Origin: Octopus sinensis
Taxonomy: Eukaryota
DNA length: 64,000 bases
Reading direction: 5' to 3'
Assembly (NCBI RefSeq): GCF_006345805.1
Contig: NC_043011.1
Location: forward strand, 63,500,464 to 63,564,463
The notes below the pieces were generated by a model. The model did no database searches, was not told where the DNA came from, and saw only the letters and a list, made by a program, of their open reading frames with translations. Position 1 is the stretch's first letter. Each line of letters opens with the position of its first letter. Of this stretch, positions 25,347-39,432 are shown piece by piece. Made by a program: the position numbers and the translations under genes.

Positions 25347-26550
25347 CTGAATACTTAAACGTACGTAACAACTTAATTTATTGAGGAGAGGCCCATCACC
25401 TACTTGGGTCACACGGATACGAAATGTTGCAATGTAAGGGTGTGGATAATTGTAAATAGTAAAGAAAAAATATAACCAATTTCATCCAGGAAGACAATTC
25501 AAAACTCCCCATAGAAGCATGACGCACGATACACTAACACGAACAACAATCTCCACTGTTCTCTCCAATCCACCATCACTAAAAGAATCACCACCACCAA
25601 CAACTACAACGGCAACATCTCCAAGTTCACCTCTATTACCGGCATCAGCATCAAAACAGACAACATGCCAAACACATCCGAACCTTCGTCTGCAAAAACA
25701 ACAAAGGCAAATACATCAGAAAGACAGAAACTTGATTCACTACAAAGCAATATACATACCAACATGCCAAACACATCCGAACCTTCGTCTGCAAAAACAA
25801 CAAAGGCAAATACATCAGAAAGACAGAAACTTGATTCACTACAAAGCAATATACATACACAACAAATATTTACTCCACTCTATGCATAAGCCAAAATATA
25901 TTCACAAGTTAAAAATAGAAATTCCCCGAAGCAAGCGGCACTACCGAGGGATTCTATCGAAGGATTTATGTTCTCAGCAAAGCACCCAGAACTTTGCACG
26001 AGGACTCGACTCAAAATTGAGCAACCAATTGATATTAGTCGTATCTAAGGTACATTCAAGATGAATAAGGAATGGAACTGTATAAATGAAATTGAAGAGC
26101 TGGGATTAGAGACAGGAATTAAATAAGAAAAATTACAATATGACGAGATCTTTCCCAGTTTTGAGACACTTTACTCAACATGGTTTCACTCAGAATAGAC
26201 AGTATAAACGTACATGGACAGTTTTACCGTTCTGGAAGCAGGGCCATCTGCACAACGACCTCACATCGTCGAACTTACTTGTGCTAGCCATCAACAAGTG
26301 CAAAATTTGGGAGGTACAAGCCTTCGCACTCAATTTCAGCAATGACGAGGCGTACACATCTCCGAGATATGGAAGCGGTGTCACTCTGATATTTCGGAAA
26401 CGCTTGGTTCTCATAAGACGGACATTCTTCCTACATGGCTTCATTCAGAATAGACAGTATAAATGTACATGGACTGTTGCCGTTCTGGATGCAAGGCCAC
26501 CTCTACAACGACCCCACGTCTTCTAACATGTGCTAGCCATCACCAAGTCC
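25347..26550 (+). mobile_element. L1/Tx1-clade fragment with a 90-bp tandem duplication (~25660-25850) and duplicated APE start
   Basis: Matches 1-775 and 7536-7945; decayed zinc-knuckle-like ..LGSHGYEMLQC. Confidence 0.7.
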
Positions 26551-29335
26551 AGAATAATAATAATATAGATTACAAGACGTGCGACTTAATCTAGGCTGAA
26601 AATTATCAGCGTAAACCAGTGGGGATCCAACGTGACATGAACGCCTAGATTGCTCCTTACACGTCCCCAAAACACCAATAAGGAGGAGCAGAATTATTAT
26701 ACGATGCATTAAAAACTATAAATTTATTTCTTTTCGTTGTATTGTAATTTTTCTTACTTAATTCCTGTCTCTAATCCAATCTCTTCAATTCCTTCTTTAC
26801 AGTTCCATTCTTTATTCATCTTGAATGTACTTTAGATACGATTAATATCAATATTAGTCGTATTGAAATGTTTAAACCAGAACATCACTTATGCAGTGAT
26901 TATGTGTTCAATTTACCGTTTTAGTTACCGTTTTATATATATATATATATATAATATATACATATACATACATAAATTTGTAAGCTAAAGCAAAATCTTG
27001 TAAAGTACGGAGAAGCGTGTCCACATAGGTCTTTATAGAATAATAACTATAATAATTATAATATACACACGAAGGAGAGCTAGTCTGAAAATGATGAGCC
27101 TAAACCAGTTCCGGTCGCACGCCTAGATTGCTCCGTGTGCGTTCCATAAACCCAAATAAACCACCCAACAGTTTTTACCCAATTAATTTAAAAGTATAAA
27201 TATACACACACCCCTCGATTTCCACTTGCAAGCGTCTGTCGAATCGGGACCAAATTTCCCATGCAGTGGGACTGAAACCGCACCCACATGTGTAGTTCAA
27301 ATGCACCCTTGTCAACACTCACTAACGTCCGCACTTGTGTTGAAATTTATTTGCATTGGGCTGATCATAAAGTTTAGGTTTTGTCTTTTGTAAAAGATTC
27401 CATAGAATTTTTTTAAATTTCTCCCACACTAGTTTACTTGGTAGATTGCGCCGTAAGCGCTATCCTTTGTGATTCTAACAATGTTAACCTGTGGAGTAAT
27501 ATGGCCGTGCAGACAAGAGATTGTGGCATTATATCCTGGTCACCGAAAATATATTCGTAGAATGTTACATAAATCACATCGTTTCTTCGAGTTTCACATA
27601 CAAAGTCAGCTTTTATGTCAGAGGAAATTATTTGAGACAAAAGTTTAAATGTGATCTACATATGTCAACTTCCAGATATACATGATTTAATGCCTTTCAC
27701 ACAAACATAGGATCTAACAAGTTGAAGTTAAAACGCTGCAAACAATAGCGTCTAGCAATCTCCTTGCATCCACTTAAGAGTAGAAATGAAAATTAAATAA
27801 AGATTTTTCTTGCTACAAAATTATTGCCTAACATTTAAAAGATAAATGTCCCAAAGTTACTCATTTCGTGATAATTCTTTTATCTTACAGATGAATGAGA
27901 TATGAAATAAGAGGGAAACAGTTATATACGCCTTTATATATCTTTAATATTATTTAATAATGCGGAGGTTCACTGCTCAGGTTCAGAATATTCGTCAGAT
28001 TTCACCAAACCTAAAACGTGACAAAAATGTGTTCAATAGTGAGTTTTTAGCAGAAGCATTTTTTTTTGTTCTTTGACATAAACCTGTTATTAGAAACCTA
28101 ATATTTAAGGCGAAAGTATTTCCAACAAATTTCTGTTCGTGTTAATGTGTTTGACTCTCACATCTTGAAAACAGGTGTTTGTATGTTTATATCCCCGTAT
28201 CATTCGCTACTTGACAAATGGCACCGAAAGAATAAATACTGGGGTTGTTTTCTTATGCAGAACCATTAAAAGTGGCACCCCGAACATAAACCGCAATCCT
28301 ACGAAAGAAACATGCCAATATGAAGAAGGAACGTACATCTACATTTCTGTGCTAACGTTGCTGTGCAGTTCTTATATATCTCTCGCATTTTATATAGTCT
28401 ACTGTGTGTATATCGCACGCAAACTTTAATGGGAAGTGAGCGAAGACATAAATAAATAATAAAAAATAGTAAAATAGAGACATGTTAATATAATTACCAA
28501 ATTTTAAACTGCTTCCATCTACTTAATTTCTCAATGGACATGCTGAAATGAATATTTGATATATTAGGATTAATAATAATATCCCGTATTACAAGTTCAT
28601 TTTTTACCTCCAACGATACGTTTATCAATTGGATACAACTTCATTATAGAAATACTTGTGTTAAGTTTTAACTATCTGAAATATAATGAGGAATTGATGC
28701 AGAATCGTATCTATTTTGCAATCGCGTTTACTTTTTATTTATATTTTTTGGCATAATGCTGATGAAATCGAATCATAATCTAGTTTTTCTTCTTGTGTGT
28801 GAAATTATTAAAAAGAATAACAATTCTAAGCGGAATCAAGGAAAATCTTTTGCTTGGAATAAACACAGGAACTTTGATCGATGTTCTCGTATTGCCACTA
28901 TATCATCGATTAGCTAACGTGTGTGTACAGAGTTAGAAACAAGAATCGGTACTACACGAGATCTAATTGACCAAACGCTATAAGTGTACAGCATTTGGTT
29001 GTCATTGGCGGTCGATTTAATGGTAGACCAATATTTCAATGATAAATATTGTTTCGAATTATGGGACAAAGCTTGAAGGATACGAATTTCAATGATGAAA
29101 TATCATGATGCCAGTGGATACTACACGTGTTACTAAGTCCATTGTTTCGTGGAATCTTTCTCTTGCAACAACTAATAACAATATACGTTACAAAAGATGA
29201 CATGTTTTGTATTTCAAATATGAACTTCATTTGAATGAATGAGAAAAGTTAGTACGCTATCGTCTCACTGAATAAACTAATGTAAGTGTCATTTACAATG
29301 AATTAGACAGAAACAATGAAAATTCAAATATTTAC

Positions 29336-29429
29336 CACAGGTACGCATCTAGAAGTATAGAGGTTTTGGAAATAGTGAGCACATTCTATCCGCACATCCT
29401 GCAGACATTCATAATAATAAACCCAACGT
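29336..29429 (-). CDS. Copy 2 exon 5 (RWVYYYECLQDVRIECAHYFQNLYTSRCVPV)
   Basis: tttatcttacag| acceptor, GTG|gtaaat donor, 15 identical residues with copy 1 including all three Cys. Confidence 0.8.
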
Positions 29430-30559
29430 CTGTAAGATAAATACAACACAATGATATTCATTTCGGTTAAAAAGAAGAAGCTTATTAACACCATTGTCAA
29501 GAAATGTCAGAACCTTACTTCTCCGACTACGAGTGCCTAACATAGATCCGGTGCTTGGCAGAGTGCTTACAAGTTCTTGCATATAAAGCATTTACTGATT
29601 TACATTGAATCGAATTCTCTTGTAGCCCAAATGTCTTCTGTTTCACGTGCAGTCTTTTAATGATTAGCCTAATTTGTAAACTTGAACACTTTCTATATTT
29701 GTCAGAGCACTTTTATTTAACACTTTTATATTTGTCAGAGCACTTTTATTGATTGTATCGGTACTGACTTTAAAAATCCAAAGAGATAACATACGGTACA
29801 TGAGAGAAAGTAGTTTAGAATCATTTCTAAAGGCTATGATTTAATAGGTATTAATCATAACTATACTCATTCGCCCATAAGCTTTGGTACGTAAACAACT
29901 TTGAATATTCAAAGTCATTCGTATATTTAAACGTTCGATGATCGGAAGGATATTTGAACCAACAGAACACATACATTTACGAACGGTATAGTTTACTTGT
30001 TTCAGTTATTTGACGCTGAGCATGCTGGGGCAACGCCTTGTAATTGAAGGAATTGAAAATTGAAAGCCAAAGAGAAACTATCCCTTATATTCGCTAGATG
30101 AGTAGATTGGAGCTACTTGAAATTAAATGTCCTGTTCAAACACACAACGCTCTGCCATCAATGGCATTTTGAACCTTACGATTAGGAGCCTAGTATATTA
30201 ACCAGTAAGCCATGCGCTTTCTTAGTGCAATTCATACCGTAAATAAACATTCACCCAGAAAAAATACGATCATAGAAAAGTACAACTTCATATAGAGCCT
30301 AGATATTAACAGTAAGACATGCGCTTTCTTAGTGCAATTCATACCGTAACTTAAACATTCACCAGAAAAATACGATTCATAGAAAAGTACAACTTCAATA
30401 TAGAGACGATGAATTGTCCATCAACAGGTTTTGTTTTGGTTCCGTATGGTATCACAATGTGTGGTGATACTAAGTTATGTTATAAAATAGTTAATTACAA
30501 ACATCCTAGTTTTAATAGTAATATTAAAGGTAATAAGAAGCAGTTTTCTTTTTGCTGCT

Positions 30560-33300
30560 GTATAAACAGCTTCCAGGTATTGGTGTTCCACCCTATCAAA
30601 ACATTTCGATTGATTCAAATTGGAAAGGGTCCGAGCCATTCCAGGTTCCTTACCAACACCCGCTATGACGTAGCGCGTGAGGTGAACTTTGTCGTGGAGA
30701 GAACTTCTTGGGTAGCACATGTCTGTACGTCACACTAAGCAACTTATTGGAAGATGTCAATGTCTCGGCTAAAACATCTACATACAGCAAAGTTATAGGC
30801 CTAAGATTATCAATTTAGTCCCGCTTATTCAGCTCCTTCCTCAACTTCACCACCACTCCATCGCTTATATCACTGGTAATTTTCCCGTTCTGCAGCCAGC
30901 CAAGAGACTACCCAACATAACTACCATATGAATATAAAACTCGAAGGCCAGTCCATCCCGCCTCGAAGACTTCTCTCTCGCGCAGCCCATCATAGCATCC
31001 CATATGTCATTGGCTGTTATCAGCGAGACGCCCCCTATCCAGGCGTGAGTACAGACAGGGGCCCCATGCTACTCAGATAGGTGAAATCCACAACAGTCCC
31101 AGAACCACATCACGCTTCTCACACTTCGGTGAAGTACCGCTGAATTCCGCACAGTTTTGCTTGGTTATCATGCGCCCGTGACAGTTCACCATAGTCTGAA
31201 TTTCTGACTTGTATCTACGTAGTGCCTCTACCACCAGGGCCAATCGATCGGCTTCCGTCCCCTCCCGTCTCAGAGAACGTGCCCTAGCTTTGACAACGTA
31301 ACCTTCGTAATTGGCATTGAAGAACTGATGAAGAATCGATTTCGTAACGAGTATCCCCGGCCCGTATTCATTTCCTAAGCTCCTCTTCTAACTCCCTAAG
31401 TAGGTCTCTCCCTATCCTAGATTCCTCTTACGCTAATTAAAAAATCTACTTCCTCTACTCTAATAGCCACTTTCAATGCTATCAACCATCCGTTGTTGAC
31501 TATTGTGCTCGATAACTCTGTATAGACTAACTTGGTAACCCTGTCTATGAAAGCTTGGAGCGCCGAGAAAGGCACCTTCTGTTTCCAGTATCCGGGGCGC
31601 TGTCTGTGTCAACCCTACAGATCAGAAATTTATGGTCATATAGCCAAGGACTTTGAAACGGAGATAACTTATACTACTTCTTTCTACAGGCCTACAGAAT
31701 ACTCTATCGTGATAGCATCTGGATGACACCGTGTAGTTCGTACATTTTGGCATTGACGCAATCGGGAAATCCAGTCAACCAACTGAAAGCATCTGAGCTA
31801 GACTCTCCCTATCCAAGCGTGGGTCCAAGAGGACATACTAGTCACCCATTAACATCCAAAGAAAAACTCCGGACGTATGAAAACATCTGGACGCCTTAAC
31901 CCCATGGGGGTGTAAATAGAAGCTATTCTAAAGGCACTACCTTCACTGTCACTCAGGTCTGCGATCAGCATCGTAACATCTGAGTCGAAGAAAATCGGTC
32001 GAACTTCGATATCCCGGCCTTTTTCTAAACAGCAGTACCAGCCTGCCTTCCATTCCGGTCTGAATAACAGATACGTAGGTCTCACAATCGTCAAGAGAAA
32101 TGGGAAGTGGATCGCGTGTGTCAGAATGACCGGTCTCATTGGTTCCTATCTCATCGAAACCTAGTGATCTGAGATCATTGAGCAATCTACCTAGCTTGCA
32201 GGGTGATCTCACACCGCGAACATTTATGCAGCCCACTCTGACCAACGCTACGACGGCTCGAAAGGGTGAATGAAAGAAAACCGAGTGGTGTTACTTAATT
32301 TCTTGGTATTGTTGGCAGCCCGATGATCCGGGATCCATATCTCCGTCCTCTGATGGACCGGCTAAAAGACTCTTCATGGCGCAGATATTTGGCCTTCCCA
32401 CCTCATGCGGGAAATTCCTTTGAATATCTTTGTGTGCTTCGAAGAGTAGACGAATCAGCATTCAATAGTCTGGAGCCCTAAGTTTATTGGTGTAGTAAAA
32501 TGCACACACTCTCTCAATCACCTTATTTCTGGCTTTGAGAACCAACAATGTTTTTTGGCTCTCCTCAAAAGCACGTAATTCGGTGTTTCCGTATTGGTGA
32601 CTGAGCTTGGGCGCCACGTGTGGTGGCTACGTGTGGGTGTGAATGCATTGATGTACCTAGTTGGGGTAGTGGTGGTTGTGGGGATATTGGTGCTGGTGTT
32701 GTTTCTGTCGGGGTTTCTGTGTTTTGAGTTGTTGATGCAAATTCCTCTGTTTTCTTTTTCCTTTGTCTTTTACGTTTTTTTTTGCTTTCTAAGCTTCTTC
32801 CTCGCCTTCACCACGGGATGGTGAGGGGGCTAGCCTCTGCAAGATCAGTCTCCAGGTGTTAGTGTTCTGTGCTAGTATTAATGTGTTTCTGTGAGTGTAT
32901 ACTTGAGAGAAGTGGTTTTGATAGATATTCTGTTGTTGTTGCTGGCGATGCGATATAGGCTACAGATGTGCCGCAGCCACACATCGTTTTCGGGCAGAAA
33001 GCGCTCAGGTGGCTTGTGGGACCATATATGTGGCATCTGGATAACCTGCTTTCCAAGACGACACTCAGTCCACCAGGTTGAGATTGCCTGTCTTCGCACA
33101 AGGTCCTCACTTTTAAAGAGGATCTCAATGATAGCCAACTGCCTCCCTATCTGTATATGCGCGACATCTATGAAAGTTTCTCTAAGGACTTTCTTAACGT
33201 GACTGATGGAATCAATTTTAGCCCTCTTACTTCTCTATTGCCTCTATTATTTCGGTAGGAGCACTACCTCCTACCTCATCAAATTTAATGACGTCTTTCA
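30560..33300 (-). mobile_element. L1/Tx1-clade LINE remnant (ORF1, APE, RT fragments) in intron 2 of copy 2
   Basis: MVRVGCINVRGVRSPCKLGRLLNDLRSLGFDEIGTNET (APE); HLTRYVIAGVGKEPG..NLNQSKCFDRVEHQYLEAV (RT). Confidence 0.8.
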
Positions 33301-33319
33301 CTTTTGAGAGTTCTTGCAG

Positions 33320-34730
33320 GAAGGCGTAGTGGCAAACTGGATGACCAAGGGATGACAGTTGTTATGTGCCAAGGGTCCTGGATGGGGAAATTTTGCATCC
33401 AACTTTAGAGCAATAAGGTGCGTTCTGCTAATGTGGGAACTAATCACAAGTGTTTGGGACTCTGAACGTGTATACATACCTTGAATAAAATGGGTTGGTA
33501 CCCATTGAACAGAAAGGGCGCCGAAAAAGGAGCCAAAGGGCGAAGGATCAGCTATTCGTTGGTAATCTAATTATCAGGAACGTCAAGAGAAAATATACAC
33601 ATCTGAGCACCGCATGGGTTAACTATCACAAGCATACAATAAGATACCACACTACTGGATAATAATAACAATGGATTTGTATGGTGTAGCAGAGAGTATG
33701 AGAAGCCTTACATGAAATAGCATGAAATACTGAGAAACATTGAAGCAGCTGCTAAGAGAGGTGAAAATCAAGAGAGGAATCTTTTAGCGAACAGTGGGTG
33801 ATCACTGATATTCAGATTGGGAATGGTCCTCTTAAGCGAAATACAATAGAAAACAAAATTGGAGTTTGATCTAGGAAGACGTAAGGGAAAAGTAAACCAC
33901 TTGCTATTTATGGATGACCTATAGTTCTTTACAAAGAAACTGAAGTAGAACTGGGCATCTTAGTCAAGATTTTCTCCAGTGATATTAGGATAGATTTTGG
34001 ACTCTGCAAATGTGCTATTATGAGGATGAGACAATGAATGCTTGTCAGGACAGAAGGCATATTGTTGCCAACGAAGACAACTCAACCTCAGTCCAGCTTT
34101 AAATATTCGGGAATGCTTGAGTCAGAGGTAAAGAAACACCACGACACGAAGGGAAAACACGACGAAACAACCAGGAAGCGAAAGTGCTACATTGAAAACT
34201 GTGCGAAAATTAGAAGCTAGGGAGAGACAAGACGTTGTATGGAAACAAATCGAGGTGTGTAGCAGAGCAGGTGCTTGAGCATAGCAGACTGGACCTAGTG
34301 GTGGTGGACAAGTGCACTACGTATGTTTTATAGTTGATATTGCATCCCCGCTTCGACCCATGTATATTGAAGAAGGAAGGTTAAAAGATAGATACAACTC
34401 TTTTAAGTAAGAAATAGCTCGGCAATGGAAAATGAATGGTAAAATACTGTGAAATATTGCTTCGTCGTTGGGAGAGTATGAGAAGGCATCAAGAGGAATA
34501 TAAAGGAAATTGTAATAGAGTGCCCAGTAGAACTGTTACAAATGATTTGCCTCCTTGGCTCAGTCAAAATAATCAGGAATGTATGAGACCCAACAGTATG
34601 GTAAAGTAGGCTACACTTAATATGCCCGCTACTTATGCAAGACACTAGGAGCTCCATCAAAAATCATGTAGTAAAGAGACAAAAAATAACAAGAATAAGA
34701 ATAGTAGTAGTAGTAATAATAATAATAACC
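33320..34730 (+). mobile_element. Highly decayed R4/Dong-like element, plus strand
   Basis: Broken motifs PIEQKG..KDQL..LSTAWV, FMDDL and SRLDLVVVDK..DIA; ends in a TAG/TAA repeat tail. Confidence 0.65.
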
Positions 34731-34739
34731 ATAATATTG

Positions 34740-36500
34740 ATAATTCATCCTTTATTTGACACAATGCTTACATATAACAACATAAAGTGACGTATAAGAC
34801 ACCATAAAATGGAGCACAAGACGAGACAAAGTGTTTCACAGAATGTAAACATTTGAAAACAAAGAATTAAGCAACATGAATTTCCTAATAGGGGGCTCTT
34901 TCAAGGTCCTCATAGGAAAGCCTACAAGAGCAACGGCTACCTCATCAACAGGCCATTCCAATTTTATTTCTTCAGGGGTGTACGCTCAGCATTGATCCTT
35001 TCACGCTGACCATTCTTCCAACATCCATCCACCTTTCAACAAACTGTATAGGAAGTCCATCTAAATCGACCGCAGAAATCACGAATTTTTGGTCTGTGAA
35101 GCCGAGTAAGTGAAATTGTGGACAACTTATGCTACCCTTTTCCGCTGTTAACAGAAGACACTATCTAAATACGATCTAGATGATTCGATGTGATTTGTTG
35201 AAGTTCACACTGCCACATTAGGGTAATCTACTCGGAAATTCTCAGACAATTAAAAACATCTGGGCAGGTTTTTGAGGCTTTTGCACCCCCTCTCCTATCA
35301 GATACTCCCACGCAATCGAGACGTTCATCTAAGACAGTAAACACTAAGTAAACACTAAAGTCCGAGACCTTCCCAGGAAAACTTCCAGACGCTGAAGTAA
35401 TCTGACCGCTCTGACCCTGTCGGAGGATAGGCAGCCACCAGTCTGAAGGTACCGCGGTCACTGCTGTTCACATCTAACTCCAAGAACTTACCTTCTGGTT
35501 CCAGGAACACTGCCTTCATTTTAAAAAACAGACTTTTCCAGAAAAGCACCACAGTAGCACGAATGCCCCTCCTGGCTGACACAGAGAAAGAGAAATCTCG
35601 TATCCTCTGAAGAGTGTGATGAGGTCCAGTGAGTCGGATAGTCTGGGTAGATAGGCTGCTACGTCTACCATAAAATCCCTTATTTCATTTGAAAGGTAAA
35701 TTTGTTTCTAAGTCGACCTGAAATTTATGCAAACATTTCTGAGCAGCACCATGCTAAAAAAAAATATTTAAGACGGACCTTGTTCATCTTGAACAGGGAT
35801 CTCCAACTCCTTACCCGACCGATTTTGTTGGTGCAACATCCAGTATTGTGGCGGTGTCTTCTATATGAAAGAAGACAGCCGCCACCAGGCAACGTATATT
35901 TATTTCAGGGAGCACTTCCTCAATTTCATTTCTTATGTCGTGCCACCAGGGTATGTCGGCTCGAGTAGCAATTCCTCCGTTTATTAGAGGCATTGTGGAA
36001 TAATGTCGTTTGTTGCACTCCGTTGTAAAATACAATTCCGCACTGCCGAAGTGCCTTCCTCTTTCCATATACGTTTTGTTGGATCAAACTAGTGTTACGG
36101 CCATTTCCAACAGTTGTTGGATGGTTGGTTCCACCCTTAACAAGCCTTTTACATGTGTTTTTATTTCGTTAGCTTTTAAATTTATTATTTTTTTTATTTG
36201 CTTCACCACCGAGGCGAAACCGTAGCCGGTTGGTCTATTGCTGTTCGTGTTTCTGGTGGTGGAGTGGCACCTGTGTCGTTCTTTGTTCTTTGTTTCTTCC
36301 TGCTTCTGCTTGCTGGAAAAATAGGGGTGGTGAGAGCGTTGAAGTCCTCGTCGAAGTCGATGATCAAACTCCTGCTCTCACACACTGACTCAGTCGCCAT
36401 CTTTGTTTTTTTTGGAATATTCCAAAATTTTCAGAGAATCTATTTGGAAAAACCTCGTTACTCTAAAAGGGAGCTTTCTTTCAAGAACAACTAGCTCTCT
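34740..36500 (-). mobile_element. L1/Tx1-clade remnant (3' end, APE, ORF1 fragments)
   Basis: TVVLFWKSLFFKMKAVFLEPEGKFLELDVNSSDRGTFRLVAAYPPTGSERSDYF (APE). Confidence 0.7.
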
Positions 36501-36659
36501 AGGCGGGCAGTCAGCTTGAAACAAAAACTAAACGATAAAAACAATTTCAAACAACTTCTGGAGCTCCAAAATGTGTAACTCACCGCGAGGAAAAATAACA
36601 ACAACAACAACAACAACAACAACAATAGTAATAATAACAATAATAATAACAATACGTAC

Positions 36660-36759
36660 GCGCATTGTGCAATAATCATTGCCGATTTATTGCTAGCTTT
36701 CGGTGAATCCGTGCAAGAACCAGCGGCCAAATGACCACACAAGGGTAGCGCAGCAGCAT
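36660..36759 (-). CDS. Copy 2 exon 2 (AAALPLCGHLAAGSCTDSPKASNKSAMIIAQC)
   Basis: aaatcttttag| acceptor, GC|gtacgt donor, 100 nt, C-x7-C-x16-C. Confidence 0.8.
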
Positions 36760-37019
36760 CTAAAAGATTTATCGTTTCATTTATTAATAATTAGTGATAC
36801 ATATATTCGATCTATAATCATTATGTTTAATAATGAATGCTAAATAAAAGACAAAAATACCGAAGAGTTAATATAGAGCTAAATTTAGATTCCCATGCTG
36901 TCAGTAAGCAATTAAAATACGTTTCATTAGTGATATCGATGTTGTTCTGCTTCCGTTATAACTTCACATGTGACGATGTGGTATTATTATTTTGTGATTC
37001 TTCTCCACAAAATGTTCGA

Positions 37020-37225
37020 ACAAGTCGAACCGAGGACTTATTCTTTGTAAATCTACTCCTCATCCTATCAGTCTCCGGTGTTCTCAGCACACCAACGTCG
37101 GTTGTCAAGCGATAGTGGTGGGACAAACACAAACGCACAATCAGACACACACACATGCACACTCAGGCACATATATATACGAGGGTCTTCTTTCAGTTTC
37201 CGTCTACAAAATCCACTCACATGGC
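37020..37225 (-). mobile_element. Internal fragment of the same SINE family as 13453-13943
   Basis: cttctttcagtttccgtctacaaaatccactcac and gtcggttgtcaagcgatagtggtgggacaaac. Confidence 0.7.
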
Positions 37226-37529
37226 TTATATATTTATGCACACATATATTTATACACACATATATTTATACACACACATATATATATAGTAGCGGGCTTA
37301 ACATAAGTGTTAGTAAGAACAAGTGTTTTGAAATATTAATTATTGAAGATTAACTGAAGGATAAGTCTGGATATTTTACACATTATTAGATGTGTCTAAT
37401 ATCTATCATTGGTAAAATATTCAAGTGTATCGAATAAATATTTCGTAAGTTTTGAGGAAATGAACTAATAATCTTCCAAACTGCAGCGGCCCACTCCGAA
37501 GTTTCACTAAGGAAAACATTGAAAATAGA

Positions 37530-38400
37530 ACAAGAACAAAAATAAAAGGAACCTGACATCAGTTGCCACATGACTGATGAACTAATTTCTAGCAAAATGG
37601 TTGAGTAATATTGTTCCATACATTTTCAATAATTCCCAGAGTTTATCTTAGTTCTTTCGATTTCTTATTCGCGCTCCATTTTCAGCAATATTCCAAACGT
37701 TTATTATGGGGTTGATATCGGGACTTTGCGCTGGCCAGTGCATGAGATCTCCCCCTTCATTAATCAAAAACTCATTGGCTCTCATCGCAGTGTGCCAGGA
37801 AGCGTTGTCCCGCACGAAGACAAGAGGTTGAACTGCCGGGGGTCCGAGATGTGGAAGGGCATGCTGTCTAAGAATATGCGGGTAGATTTCAAAATTAACA
37901 ATTTCTTGCAGGCGAATAAGTGGACCTGGACCAAGAACAGATATCACTTCCATTACAATTACAGTGTCTCTTCCATATTTCACTCTCTTCTCCACACATG
38001 CACAAGAAAAACTTTCGTCATTTCTTCGTCGTAAGTACCCCCCGCTTTCGGAACCAGTGTCATTAAACTTCGATTCATCGCTAAAAGAAACCTGTGACCA
38101 CTGATCCTCTTTCCAAACGTGAGCGATACGAAGACGGACTCTTTGATTCTTCTTGGAGATCACAGGATTCTTGCCAGTGCCCGAGCAAGCAGCCCAGAAC
38201 CTTGTAAGCTCCGAGAAACTGTTTTGCGCGATCCCTTGGCATCGAGAGTGGAGATATCTTGCAGGATATCTTAGCAGCATGCTTAAACATTTCCCACAGT
38301 GACATTATAACCATAATAATATCCTGTCTTGAAGTTTTACGACGTCTCACGATTTTGTGATTTAACATCTGTCGATCCTTCGGGGTTTATCATCTGACGA
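37530..38400 (-). mobile_element. Tc1-family (DD34E) transposase pseudogene
   Basis: FSDESKF, VRDNASWH, WPAQSPDINPIINVW. There are 34 residues after the second D, but the catalytic E is replaced by I. Frameshift in the N-terminal part. Confidence 0.88.
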
Positions 38401-38499
38401 TGATTTAGAGCGAGCTATGATTACTTGCATAACACATCTAGCCATTCCTATATCATATTTAACTTCCTCATCCCTGGAATAATGTTTACCTCTCAACCC

Positions 38500-38767
38500 T
38501 TCTTTCATAGAGCTGATATTCTGAAGGCGCTAAATCTGGTGAGTGTGGAGGTAAGAACGAAATGTCTCAAAGAAAAGTCAACGGAATTTTACTGGGCAGG
38601 AATAAATGCTCTCATTCGAAGGTGGAACATTGATATTAAGAGAAACCTATTGCATGACGTTCCTAAACCGGGTGGTGATGTCTGAATTCTAGCTACTCAT
38701 TTGATTTTGATAAAATATTATGAACTTCCCTTAGGCCTATTAATTTTTTTCCGTACACACCCTGTAT
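38500..38767 (+). mobile_element. Mariner 3' remnant with right terminal inverted repeat
   Basis: CLKEKSTEFYWAGINALIRRWNIDIKRN resembles a mariner C-terminus; ends tttttccgtacacaccctgTA. Confidence 0.6.
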
Positions 38768-38850
38768 AAAAGTTCTTTTTTTTTTTGCTTCTCGTAAAAA
38801 TGATGATGGATTACCAGAACGGTAAACCTCACTGATGATGTTATATTTTT

Positions 38851-38933
38851 TGTCCTGATGAAGGGGTCAATACCGATGTGGTATTTTAATGTGTAATGTT
38901 AAGCGGCAGTGGATCTTGAAACGGCTGTAGATG
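38851..38933 (+). ncRNA. Type I hammerhead ribozyme-like motif (degenerate)
   Basis: GTC-CTGATGA(38855-61)-stem II-GAAAC(38918-22)-GGCT-GTA(38927-29)-GAT; weak stem I and bulged stem II. Confidence 0.5.
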
Positions 38934-39395
38934 TGGATTTATTCTTCAATGATTCTGTATTCCTCTTTCCTTTGGACATGCCGATGGATGCTATCCAGGA
39001 TTCACTTTACATTTAATAGTCTAACTTTATTATTTTTCATCGATTCACTATATACAATCATATATTCTTCATATCTGCGTTTCTTCTTCATAAACTTTCT
39101 TACAGGTTTTCACACGTTTTTTTTTTATATATGAAAATAAATGTATGTGTTTATACATTTGGAGTTTCGATGCGGTATCTTAACATGTATTTATATTCTA
39201 CAGTGTGAAGATATGGATACGATTTGGAGTTGTTTGGCCAATTATGTTGATTAATTTTTAACCGAATGTTTAATATATAAATGTAATTTCATTTGTAGGT
39301 AATCATTTAGTATATGAATATAGCTTCTGTATTTACACAGCATATATAAATGTTATGAAAAACAGAAAATAAAATATTGCATTATTGCAACTTAC

Positions 39396-39432
39396 CTGCA
39401 AAGAGAAGACAAAGGAAGAATAAAGATTTCAT
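39396..39432 (-). CDS. Copy 2 exon 1, signal peptide (MKSLFFLCLLFA-G|)
   Basis: gccATG..GCA G|gtaagttgc, 37 nt as in copy 1. Confidence 0.82.

Larger units (their letters stand above)
29265..39432 (-). pseudogene. Copy 2 of the secreted Cys-rich gene; premature TAA under copy-1 splicing, but an open 85-aa product under an alternative splice path
   Basis: Exons 39396-39432, 36660-36759, 29571-29637, 29519-29526, 29336-29429, stop 29265-29267, all with the same phases as copy 1. TAT->TAA at 29592-29594. The intron before the microexon is only 44 nt. Confidence 0.6.
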
